Below are positions 11,690 through 23,632 of a DNA stretch of 64,000 nt, piece after piece (position 1 is the first letter of the stretch; every line of letters begins with the position of its first letter). Where the stretch lies: positions 62,001 through 126,000 of the forward strand of contig JAPEUD010000032.1 in the NCBI GenBank assembly GCA_026026165.1, given 5' to 3'. The DNA comes from Sarea resinae. Its lineage: Eukaryota. The notes beneath the pieces were generated by a model that saw nothing but the letters and a program-made list of their open reading frames with translations, ran no database searches and was not told the origin of the DNA. The translations under genes and the position numbers were made by a program.

Positions 11690-14109
11690 TCATCTTCTAT
11701 CCTCGCCTGTGATCACGATCCGGCCCTATTTTACCGATTAGAAATAGAGACAGACGTCCAGCGGATAATGAGACTTACCTCCAGATGAGGGGCGATGCCT
11801 CGAGTCCAATGCGGCAAGAATTCACCTTCTTCTTCTCCAACCATGCCAACCTGATGATCAATGCCCGCCAGCCTGAACCACTTCCTCGTAACCTTTCTTG
11901 CAATAGCTAGCTTCCTGTTTCTCTCTGCATCTCGAACGGACTGAGAACGAGCCCGGGTGACATCTTCATCATCTGTATCCGAGTCAACCGCCTCACCCTC
12001 GACGGTCGTCTTTGCTCTCTTGCGACCTGGAACCCGACTCTCTACCGTCTGAACTTCTTCTCCCTTCCTTCGTGTCGGACTCGCTGGTTTGATGCCGCCC
12101 CCTTCGTTGATCTTCTCGTGAATGCCACTCCAATGTTTGTTCATGTGAGGGCCCCAGCGGTGCCATTTCCCCAGAACCTTGAGGCTCATGAAATATTGCC
12201 GTAGTATCATGCTTATCAGCAAACCGTTCTCTTCCGAGACGATTTCCTCAGCTTGGCCTCCCTCGCTTTTCACTAGCATCGAATCATAGCCATCTTTGCC
12301 TCTTCCCTGCAAATGATTAGAATCCAATCTATCAAGGGATGAATCCAAAGCTTACCATATAACCTCTGGTAGCAAGGACGTAATCCTTCTCAAAGTCGAG
12401 AGGTTGGCCACCGAGCTTGACCCACTGAAGCCGCGAGCCCGGTGGGCGCTTCGGATCGAATTCGTAGGAGATGTTTGAAACCTGAGGAAATCGACCTTAT
12501 CTATCCATCAGAAAGGCTAGTAAACGGGAGAGCTCCTCATACCTTCTAGTGCAGGGAGTAATCGAACGCCGTTCTCCAATGACTCGAAGATCGCCTTCCC
12601 TTTCAATTTGAGCACAACCACAGGATCCTCAAACGGAAAACAATCCATCAAATCCTTTAGCCGGAGAATTCCAGGCGGATACACTTGATCGCCCCTAATG
12701 GTGCCTCCCGCCATAATGCTACAATCGGCCCCATAGTGATAACGCATCAGGTCACACACAAAGTTACCCAGGTTCGACTCTCGAGTTCTGACTGTCGTGA
12801 AGCGTCCATCTAGAGGAACACTTGTGTACCCAATCGGTTTCTCCAATCGTTGCCTCAGGTTGTTCGTAAGCTTTTCGACCAGTGAAGCCGTTTCCGGATC
12901 TTCTGGGATTTCTCGCAGCAGATCTCGACGGATGATGTCAAAGTCCCACGATTGACTTCCGTCCGATTTTCGGCGCGCCTCAATATAGCTCAATTGTTTG
13001 AAGTCAGTCCCTGATCGGAGAATGTGAGTCTTGTTCACTATCTGGTGCGCATAAAAGTGATCGTGGCCGCCAAGTATAATATCGATCAGCCCGGGCGGTA
13101 CCTTCTCAGCAAGTTTCATGTCATTTGGCTCACGCATCTAATAAGAAATATGATTTAGCAGGGAGCAAAAGAAGAGAACAATATGACACACATGAGTCAA
13201 TGCCACGATTATATTAGCTCCTTGCTCACGCAAGCCTGGTACCAATTCAATCGCAGTTGCCGAGGCCGATTTATAAATTAGGTTCGGAGGTAATGAGTTA
13301 ATAGTGTCCAGCCTGACTGTATCAGCGGTGATGTCCTCTGAATCGAGGACGGACGGAGCACCAACCATTCCCGCTCTGCCAGTCCAATCAGTCCTATCTT
13401 GATCCCATTTGAAGAGGTGAGCAAAGCTGTTTTTGGACAATCTCCCAAAGATGCATTAGGGGTTGGAAGTCCAGGATCCAGCACATTCGCCAATAGCCAG
13501 GGAAAGTTGCACTGCTTTGTGAGATGACGGAGCTGCTTGACGCCGAAGTCCAGATCATGATTCTGCAGAATGTTAGCCTTGTCTCCCTAGTCGGGGACGA
13601 CTCGGACGGCTGGCATTGGCATCTTGGGAAGCATCCGTACTTACACCGATACACGCAATATCAATCCCAATTTGATTGAGCACCTTGGATGAGAGAAGTG
13701 AAGATCAGTAAATTACTTCATCAAGCAGCAGCACCAAGTCTATGAACCCCGCAATGTGTTCCCAGTCACGGTATGCATACCGGTGGCATATGAGCTCCCT
13801 TCGTTATGGCCGACTCGAGTGACGGATTAAACGAGTCTCCGGAGAAGAAGGTGAGTAGCTCTGACAGTCCGTCATAGCTGCTGCCGTGGCGATAATGGTT
13901 GACCAGAGTCACAAAGCGCGCGACTCCCCCGACGGGCTCTGCTGACTGGGCCTGCTCTCATGGTCAACAGCTGATCTATTTCCTGGCGTGGGACTCTGGC
14001 GCACATCGATATGGTAGACATCATTCAGATGGATGAAACGGAGATCTGGCGGCCCAGTACGGTGACTCGAGTAAGTAATGGACTCGCTCTTCAACTGTTC
14101 GGCTCCCAT
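11690..14109 (-). CDS. 5'-nucleotidase / calcineurin-like metallophosphoesterase with 5'-nucleotidase C-terminal domain
   Basis: Motifs HLNDVYH, GDSFNPS, GNHDLDFG, ALTH, ILGGHDH, RTRESNLGNFVCDLMR, GGTIRGD and GRFPQVS across many exons. The last exon encodes GRIVITGEDRR, with the stop at 11690-11692. Confidence 0.9.
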
Positions 14110-14761
14110 GGCTGCGACTGATCATCTATGGCGGCGGGAAGAGGAAGTGGTCGAGATCATCTGTATCTTATGCTGTCGTGTGAGCTTCCTAGGAAGACCC
14201 CGGGTGGTTATGCGGTGTAGAGAGAAAGCGATTGGCGGACCACCTTACAAGTAGCGGTCTCCAGATGCGCGCGCCAGAGATTGTAATATATTGCTCACTA
14301 TATAGCTATACTACAGCCTCCCCACGAGAACATTCATTGCTGTCTTGATCGCAGTCAATTCACACAGTGGATTTCGGGTGCTGAATGGTTCGTTGGTGAT
14401 GATTGAATGGCGACGCCCGAGACGTACACCGTACACAGATGACGCCATCACTCAAATGCACAGCGCAAGGTGTAAGACCGTGTACTGATTCGACTGATCA
14501 CATATGACACTCAATCACCACAATTACAATACACAGTCTATGAACTCTGCGCTTCCAGTCAAGCATGGATGATGCTTTTGTTCCGTGCACAGAAGAGAAG
14601 TCGACCACGAGAGAGGTGGTGGGATAGTGCGATGGAGAGCGCAAGAGCTCGAGCGGCAAATATGATGTCGGGTACCAACAAAAACAGAGGAATCGAGCAC
14701 CGGTTCGCCAAATATATCCCATTCCTTCTATGAAACGCCCCTCGATGATCCAAAGATACCG

Positions 14762-16889
14762 CTAGGACTGTCCCTGATCAACGGTCCATCTCCTCTTCGG
14801 GCCCCTCTCTCGCTCATTCGGTGTTCGCAAAGGCGCAGGAGGAGCGCCCCACAATCCACGTGGGCTGTCTGCCCTCTGTATGCCACTACTGGCATCTGAG
14901 CCCGACCTTTCCTTTCCGTTCCTGTCCGACTCGTCGTCTCGCTTGTCATCTGAAGAGTCATCAAGATTGGAAACAAGATCATCTTCCAAGACTTCATCAT
15001 GTTCCTCCGGTGCCACCACGGACGAGGGATGGCTCCAGAGCCCACTACCTGCTCCGCTACCAGGCTTCGAAGCGAATGAACTACGCAATGGTGACCTTGA
15101 GTTGGAGCTCTGCCTGATTCCTGCGCTAGCCGTTCTCGTACGGGTGTCTCTTTCGCCGAGGAAGTAGTTGCTGTCGATCGGACTGCCCGCAGAAGCGTGG
15201 GCGCCATAGCGGTTACGAAAGCCCGTCACAGAGGGTGGAACGTTGGCGGCCTGCAGCTGCGGCATATTCAGGGGATTGGATTCAGGGCGTAGATGCTCCG
15301 TAGATGCCACCAATTTCACATCATATGTCTCCGGCATGCAAGTATCCACAGACTCTCTTCGTGCCTTGGCCGAAGCGGATCGTCGCTCGGTTCTGGGAGA
15401 GGCGGGCTCACCCGGGGCCTTCTTACGGACAGCCATGGTGAGCGAAGCCATTCCTACGTCAAGGAGGACGGGCTGATTGGTGAGGGCTCCGATAAGTGCA
15501 TTGCATCCGGCTCCGTGGGTCACGAGAACGAGGACATCGTCGTATTCGGTGTCTTCGTCACTGTCGTGGGAATGCGATCCCAGTCCATCGGCCGAATCTT
15601 CTTTCTCCACCGCATCATGGTTCTCATACCAGCGAATCATGTTTTCAAGACCTTTGCGAAAGCGTTTATGCATGGCGCTCCACTCTTCGCCATATTCTCC
15701 ACCGCTTCCCCAGTTCAATGGTTCGCGCAAACTGTCCCATTGATAATCGACCTCAAGACAAGCATCACGAGCATGTCCGACGTAACCACGAGGAATTGGC
15801 TCTGACGGTGAAATCGCATATGCTGGCGTAGGAGGCGTATAACCGCCTGGCTGCTTTTTAGAATTTGGAGAGATTTCACCGAGGGCCCTCGCACCTCCAG
15901 GGCTACTTTGACTACTCGCTCGCTCTCTTCGTGGCAGTGCTTGACTGAGACTTGCCATAGAGGACAACGAGCCATTTGTCTCATCGGGTACGGCAACAGA
16001 CGCGCGGCCACCTCCCCAGCCCCCTGGAAAGTGTCCAACAGTGGAGTTGCTCCGGGCGTTGGAGATAGAGGCGTCGATATGGTCTCGACTCTGGAGAAGA
16101 TCCGCTTTTGCACCTGCTACCATCAAAGAGGAATTAGGAGGGGGCGTGATGAGGTCGAAGTAGTCCGGAGAGAGCCATTCGCCAAGGAAAGCATCTACCC
16201 GAAGGATAGGCTTTCCATGCGCTGGTCGATTGAAATTTCTTTTCTGGACATGTCGCGCCAAGTCTTCCTCGGGCTCAGGTATTGCGGGCAAACCTGGCGA
16301 CTTCGACGGGTCGACAGCTTGCAATCTGGGCGAGCCTGAAAACATCTTGGTCGGCTTGCTTGGCCTGTGCCCCGTAGATGCATGGCGAAAGAGATGACTT
16401 TGACCTTGATATTGAGCCATGCCGGCGCTGATAGCGATCGATGTTTGGATGCATCTCAGGAAAGGTGACGTGTGTATGATGACCCTGTGCTTTCTGCGTT
16501 TGGCTCGACCGCGTTTGTGGTCGCCATTTTGAAACACCTCTGCTTCGCCGCCGAACGTTTTGGCATCCGACGAACTGCGAGGCCGACTTCCATCGGTGGA
16601 CTTTTCGAGCTCCAATGCAGTCTCTCGAGCGTAGAGCAAACTTGCTATGCGAGCACCAAGCGCTCTTGATTGGACCCATCCACCGTAAGTCAACGGGGGG
16701 TCGTAGGGGGTTGGCGACGTGAGGTGCCATTGCTTGTCTGCTGCATCGAGACGTGCTCCATGCCTTTGTGTTGTAATCGTTAGCAAGATTGCGACGCTTG
16801 ACGTTCAAGGATTGGTATGGAATTCGAAGGCTTGGAGAAGATGCATTTGCATACCGAACGACGATGACGACCGCCGGAGCCTTACCCAT
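14762..16889 (-). CDS. Histidine phosphatase / phosphoglycerate mutase family protein
   Basis: Exon 1 encodes MGKAPAVVIVVR; after an intron comes HGARLDAAD (RHG motif), followed by HTSPFLRCIQT, LGEW and LVTHGAG. Confidence 0.9.
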
Positions 16890-19800
16890 TGCTCTGGCTG
16901 TCGTAATCTTATCTCTGCTCTCCCGACCTTGGAAAGAATCCAGTCGCTCAGATGACGGCCGATCAAGGATGATGCGTCAAGCAACGTTTTCTCGCAGGCT
17001 GGAGGCGAGAAGTTTAGCTTGAATTCTGCTCCTCGGCACCGTCTTTGTTTCAGCGTGCGATAAGATAACAAAAAGTTGCCAGGATTATTAAGCGGCAGTA
17101 GTTCGTCGGCGTCACTTCGGTGCAGTAATCTTGACGCTGTAGGCTTGATTGTTGGAATTCAAAGGAGTCTTCGCCGTCAGTGGATGCGATCAGAGCTCCA
17201 GAAGCTACTACATAAGTAGACATGTATCAGAGTTGGAGTTGGAGGCGGGAGTTGGAGAAAAGAGTTCGTCATGTCAATCGCGGGGCGAAATTCTAGCGAC
17301 GACCGATGCCCTTTGAGGCCACGGTGCTCACATCACCTCACTCGAAATCATCCAGGGACTCCACAAGTACGGAGGATACTGTATGGGGTGTAGAGCACGG
17401 CAGTCGGCTGTTTTCGACGGGGCGCAATGATCAATGAAACCCCCAGACCGGTCTGTCGAGTGATGGATGGATGTCCAGCAACGTCAAACTAGTCCAAGAT
17501 GATCGATCTGAGATTTGCTTCTTTTCAGCCGCGACTGTGCTTCTAGAAGACGGTTCGGGCACCAGGCATATGTGATGTTGGTGTCTGTGGCAGCCGGTCT
17601 CTTGATCATATGTGGTTCGTCTGTCATCGCCCTGATCTATGACTGATAGATGGGCACAGACAAAAGCGATCATAGACGGGCTTCTTTACATGTGAATCTT
17701 GGATGACCTGTCGAGACGTGATGACCTCAGGTAGGTAGGCAGTGAAGTCAGACGCCCAGGTACCAGCCAGGTCGTGTCCGCCGAAAAGTGTCATTGACCA
17801 CTGCTTCTCCGTCCGGTTCGGCCTGGCCGGGGTCTGATCTGTTCTGCCTCTGGCGCCATCTGGCATGATTGTTGGCCGCAGAGAGGGCCAAAGCGTCTTG
17901 GCTCGATACGATGATATGATCATCTGGATCGAGTCTTATCATTACGAAAGGGGGAAGAGCATATGTATAAGGAACCTGAAAGAGAGCGACAAGAACGGGA
18001 CAAAGAGTCGAGCTTGCCAGTGAGAGGGGGCGTGTCCGGCACGGGTCAATGCTCCATGGCCATCCATGATCGTTTACATGATTACACCGTCGCGGGAGGA
18101 GCAAAGGGCAAAAGGGCAAAAGGGCCGTGAATTGCTACCTTGGGCCGAGTGCATGGTGCCAAAGCGTGATGACGCCGATTCTCAGGCCCAGCCCTGCACG
18201 CTGGTGGCGAGCATGTCGGCAATCTTCACCATCCACCAGTCACAGCAGGAGCCCCTCAGGGATATGGATCAGTGATGGCTGCAGGGCGTGCATCGTACTG
18301 GAGGGGCATCAGGACTCCCTGAGCGACTACTACTGTATGAGTATGTACTACTACGGTGCGAGTACGATGAGAACAGACCCAGAGCGAGGTCCACGGGTGG
18401 GAGACGGGCCATCGGTCTGGGGCTACCTAGGGTACGATACGGATCACGTACCTTAGAGTACGATTCCTGAGCTTGAGCTTCATCTTCGGGAATCGAAAGT
18501 ACGAAGTACTCGTAAGCAGGAAGCGACTTCTACGATCGGAGAAGGATGAAGCATAATGATGATCATCTCAAGCTGAAGTGGTGTCAATACTCCGTACATC
18601 AATACCAGCCTGCCCAGTAGTGCTGACGATGCTCATGCATTTCACTGTTTTATCAGCAAACCCAGACCACTTGCAGACGGTCACAGAAGGCATCCACCAC
18701 GCTCACTACTACCTTTACTCTACCCGAGTGGTGCGCCGACATCCATCTTCGAATTTTGGTGTGGTGAAACACCGGGACCAACCGTGGCCGTACCTCGTTG
18801 GTAGTGGAGCAGAGGACCGGTGTCCCAGTGCTCATAAGCAGTCATGTCACATGAGGGAAGCCAACACCCACACTGCACAAGGAGTACTTCAGTAGTACAT
18901 GGAGTACTGCTGGGTACGAGTAACAGGAAGGTCCACGAGGGTAGACGGGAGTCTCTCGTAGGGGAGGCCTCGGGCCATCCTGGATCCATCAGCAACGATC
19001 GTTCCGGTCTACGAAGTACGTACCCCGTACGCACCAGGTACATAGTAGTCGTAGGTAGGGTCGATGGTGGTAGGGTCGATAGGGTCAATAGGGTCGATAT
19101 CAAGCCGTCCTGCGATATTAATTTGCCAGCTAAATCGTGATTGGGCCCCTTTCCCTCGTGGATTATGATGGATTTACGTGCCAGGTCTGCCAGGTCCCGC
19201 CTCCTTTTTCAGACTAGTGCTCCCGATGGTCCTTCCCGATGTGAAATCAGGGGGTTCGACCGACGACCTGTAATCAGCCGTAGTAGCCCAACGGCGTGCC
19301 TCTGGCGTGCATCGAAGAAACCTCCTCGGTAGGGGGCCCCAAGGCGGGCTGGAAAAGGATTACTTTCGAGAATTACACACCATCATACTGTTTCTCTGTG
19401 TGGCTCAGAGCCCCGAGTCGAGGATGCTGAAACGAGAGCACTCGACCACGTACTCCGGAGTATGTACCTAGTGCCCTAGCCCGGTGATGTGCGGACTTGA
19501 CCCGGAACTCTATCAACTCGATCATGCATGCTCACGCTCCCTAGGGACGAGGGACGAGGCGATCCATGGCTGTCGTTGCGGTTGAGGGTTGACAGGGACG
19601 GCGAGTCCTTCGGGATAAATTGCGCCCGTCTCTCTCTCCGCTCCAGCTCCCCAGCTCGCCTGCGTCGAGGTGGTCCGCATCGGGGTGGTCCCTTGCTCCC
19701 TCATTGCAGATCGTCCTCGCATCCGGCCACGCTGACCGACACTACGGGCATATTCTCGACCTCAGTAGGGCTGCTAGCAGCGTAGCAGCCATCTCCAGGT

Positions 19801-21028
19801 CCTTAGCCCCTCTCATGGTGGTCAACGCAAAACAACGACCATGGCGGCGCTCCGGTGAGGATCCCCTTGACTGACGACGGCCCTAACAGCCCAGCTCTCC
19901 TCTCTGCTGCTCTGCGAGGGTCTTCCCAGTTCGTGAGAGTGGGATCTCCACGCCTACTTGCTCGACTCAGAGTAGAGTGATTCTGGAAGATGTCCTATCC
20001 TCGAGCTACTACGAGTACTCTACCCGGTGTCTGTGTATCGGTGTGCCTGTGCCTGTGTGCGTCCTGTCACTGCCTGCAGCCAGCATGACATGTATTGGCA
20101 CAGCACAGCAAAGCACTGCACTGCACTACACTGCACTGGTACTTCGCTGGGTACACGGGAAATCGGGACTGTTCGCCCAATACCATCGAATCTATTCTAT
20201 TTTAGATGCATGCGAGTAACCATCTTGGACGTCGGTGGAGTCTAGCATGTATCATCTATCATCTCTGCTACTGACCGCTCCCCGGTCTGGACGTTGTTCG
20301 CCAGCAGATGCAGTAGTAGCAGCAATCAGGTTGAAGGTGTTCGTTTATCTTTGTCCATGGCCCTCGGCCTGGAAGCGTCTCTCGACTCGGTTTTCTGATT
20401 GTTATAACTCTTCGCGCGCCTTGACGGTGCACCATCACCACCATTATTCCTGCTCATTCTCAAAAATATCATCCGTTGTCAAATCATTGCTGGCTGGTCC
20501 GTTCTCACTAACATCTTCCCTTTTCTCCGAGCCGTTGTGGCTTACCTTCGAAACGTCAGTGCCTTCTTTAGATCCAATTCTCCGCAGAGTCGCACATAGC
20601 ATCAGCCTGCAGCGACCAATCAGCGTTTAGCGTCACCAAGCTCGAGAACTGCATCCAACAAGTCCGCCGCGTCTTACATGGCAATTGTCTGTCTCTACCA
20701 TTGGGCATCATCTTAGCATCCTCTCAAAGGTGGCAGGTGTCGCCGGCAAGAAGCTGGTGCTGCTGCTGGTGGATCCGTATCTGATTGCTGTTGGCCGCTC
20801 CCCACCCTCGTCCACCGCGGGCTGTCATCGAGAGACGGCGGGGAGTCTTGATGGTTAGGAATTCGAACTTCTGCTGAGACTTTTGTATGCGTTCGCCCTT
20901 CTACCTGGATTCGAGACCCAGTGCGCAGCATTTACAATCTTCTCTTTTGATCTTCACGTTCGTTGCGCGCATCTATTCTCGTCACACAACAAGCAATCCT
21001 TCGCCGGTATCTGCTCGCTATTTCCCCG

Positions 21029-22600
21029 ATGCGTCTGCTAGCAACCGTCATCGTCATTTCACTTCTAGCCTTCTTCTTGGTGCTCGCAAGCATCATACTA
21101 TTTCAGCAATGGTGGATAAATCGGCAACGACGGAAGCAAAAGGAAGGCTCGTTGGCAGTGGAAGAGTCAACACCGGTAACCAAGCTTACTGTCCGTCGAG
21201 GCCGAGTTGTCCCAGCTTCGAAGAGGAACAACTCTGTCGGCAGCGCAAAGCCCAACTGGCTGAGAAGGCTCAGCAAGATATCCGCGTACTCGGGGCCTCC
21301 CAGAAGTGAAAAAAGTGCCTATCCCCTACCGGATAGCCCTCTTACTCCTCGGTTTGGAATCTTTCATGCCTCAAATCGAGCGGAGTCCATCCAGACATCG
21401 ACAGCAAGTCGTGCACACTCGATAAAGACCAATGCCTCCTATGACGAACCTCCCGCAGGCGGACCAAGAGGTCTTCAAGTGTCGGATGCAAATCGCAGCA
21501 GATTAAGCCAGGTCAAGGAAGACCTTCCTAATCCAGCTCCTGTGAAAGGCCAGAAGATACCCCTAGTTCAAATACATCGACAGACAATGCCAGAAGAAAG
21601 TCCAACCCAGGGCCCTCATTCGCTCCATAGATTATCGGCCGGCCTCCGAATACCGCATCAAGGTATATTTTCCGTGGAATGCGTTTCTCATCTCGCCACC
21701 CATAACCCCCAGAGAAACTCGACGGCAAGTGTTCCAGCTGGTCGGAGGGATTCTGCCGCTCTACTATCAGCGCGAGCCAAGAGTGCAGAACCGATCCATG
21801 ATCAGGGGCATGAGTCTCGGCAGAGTTGCGGATATGGTAAATCGGACGACCAGCGTTTGATTACGGCCTCCCCAGCTGTCGCGTCTTCTTCAAGTATCAT
21901 TGAGAACGACCCGTTCGACTTGAGTGTACCTTCTCCGGTCTTCCTTCCGCAAGACAAGCACATGTCCGCTCACATCGAGCACCCATCGTCTACGCGACCA
22001 AAGCCCGATGTTAGGAATGGATCGGGTCGCAGCGCCTACGAGCTTATGGGGCCATTTGGCGCTTCTGCAGCCGATTACAGACCTTCACCTACCAAGCCAT
22101 CCATGAACCGCCCACTTCACATCTCCGAGATGACCTTCCTTCAGTCTGCGTCCTCGGAGTCCGAAGGTCTAAGCAGCAGTAACTACAACAACGACAAGGA
22201 CAAGGACAACGCTCCCGTGCTCTCTAAAATGCGCGTCCCGCTCTCCGCCTTCAATACCGTCTTTAGCCAACAGCCCTCTCACAACCACCAGCACCAACAA
22301 CCAATGGAACTTTCTTCGGGCGTCAGACGCGCCCGATCCGTCATCTCGGCCAAATCATTCGCCTCTCTCACCTCTGCAGATGGCTCCTCGTCCGTTCTGA
22401 CCGTCGCCCAGGAACTGCCTATGCCGATCCGAGACCAAGTGCAGGCGCGACGAAAGGAGAAGAATCTTCCCCCACTGCCGGCGCTCGAGAATATAATCTC
22501 TCAGCCCAAGATTATGCCGTCGTCTTTTAGCCGACCGGCGAAGGCGCAGGACCTGCAACGGATGCGGGCAGCGGTAAAGAGTGAAGCTTGGGTTGTGTGA
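21029..22600 (+). CDS. Hypothetical single-pass membrane protein with a long Ser/Pro-rich tail
   Basis: Stop-free ORF of ~520 codons from ATG 21029. N-terminal hydrophobic helix LLATVIVISLLAFFLVLASIILF followed by basic RQRRKQK. The start codon is uncertain. Confidence 0.7.
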   Translation: MRLLATVIVISLLAFFLVLASIILFQQWWINRQRRKQKEGSLAVEESTPVTKLTVRRGRVVPASKRNNSVGSAKPNWLRRLSKISAYSGPPRSEKSAYPLPDSPLTPRFGIFHASNRAESIQTSTASRAHSIKTNASYDEPPAGGPRGLQVSDANRSRLSQVKEDLPNPAPVKGQKIPLVQIHRQTMPEESPTQGPHSLHRLSAGLRIPHQGIFSVECVSHLATHNPQRNSTASVPAGRRDSAALLSARAKSAEPIHDQGHESRQSCGYGKSDDQRLITASPAVASSSSIIENDPFDLSVPSPVFLPQDKHMSAHIEHPSSTRPKPDVRNGSGRSAYELMGPFGASAADYRPSPTKPSMNRPLHISEMTFLQSASSESEGLSSSNYNNDKDKDNAPVLSKMRVPLSAFNTVFSQQPSHNHQHQQPMELSSGVRRARSVISAKSFASLTSADGSSSVLTVAQELPMPIRDQVQARRKEKNLPPLPALENIISQPKIMPSSFSRPAKAQDLQRMRAAVKSEAWVV

Positions 22601-23632
22601 AACAGCTTAGTCCGGCCATTTGTCCTTTCGCTCGCCAACGCTCCATTTTTGTTCGATGCCCTCCTTGTCATACTATCTCTCCCTGAATTGCTCGATTTAG
22701 TGATTAATCGGTTTGATCTATACCCAACTTGCATATACCCATGCCCCATTTTTTTTCGTCTCTCTTCAAGACTATCATCATCTCACCTGCTTGGCTGTGT
22801 CGGGCGTTATATAGCTCGCTTTGAGTTGCTGATACCCCCTTTTCGCGTCTCGCAATGTGCATTTCCATTGGGGAACAGGGCGCCTTTTACTCAAATGTCA
22901 CGATTGTTTAGTGGGATCGAATCATGATATATTTTATTGTCGTCGTCGTCCTATCTTGTTTTACTGTTGTACTGCGTGTTTGGGGGGAAGGTGGGCTGCT
23001 TGTTTAGAGGAGACGAATATCGTGGCGAATGGAAGATATGGGAAGACAAATGGATGTATTGGAGTCAGTGGGTGTGTGAGTGGGTATTAGAGCTGGGCTC
23101 TTGCTTTTCTCTGCGGGCGGGGGCTTGTTAGTCAGAATGAGTGTGTGGCTGACTCTCGGTTGGCTGGCTGGTAGTGAATTAGTGAGCTGCCCGATGTGAT
23201 ATCAAATATGAATATGACATTAAAGCTTTGAGATCATGTCTCCCCTTGTGTCTTCTGTTCCAAAGATGTTTCGTGAGTAGTCGAAAGTCACGTCTGTCTG
23301 TTGTAGGAAGAAGAGTTTCATATTCGATGTACCTTTCATGCCCATGATCCCATGACAATATCTAGACATTGGGTAGCCCCTTGAGTAGGGCAGAGAGATG
23401 GTTCTGTTTTGTCAGGCAGCGCATACATGCATGTGCAGTATGGGCAAACACTTTCGGAAAATCGTTTGCCCGACGGGCCGCAAACCGTGCCCGCAGTCTC
23501 AATCCGCCTTAGAGCTGATTGCAGTAGTTTTCTCGCCAGTGACGAAAGTATCACTTCCAGTATCACTCCCACTTCTTTTGCGCAACCATTCATTCACAAC
23601 CTCAATTCCGCGCCCGTATCATAGACTTGGCC

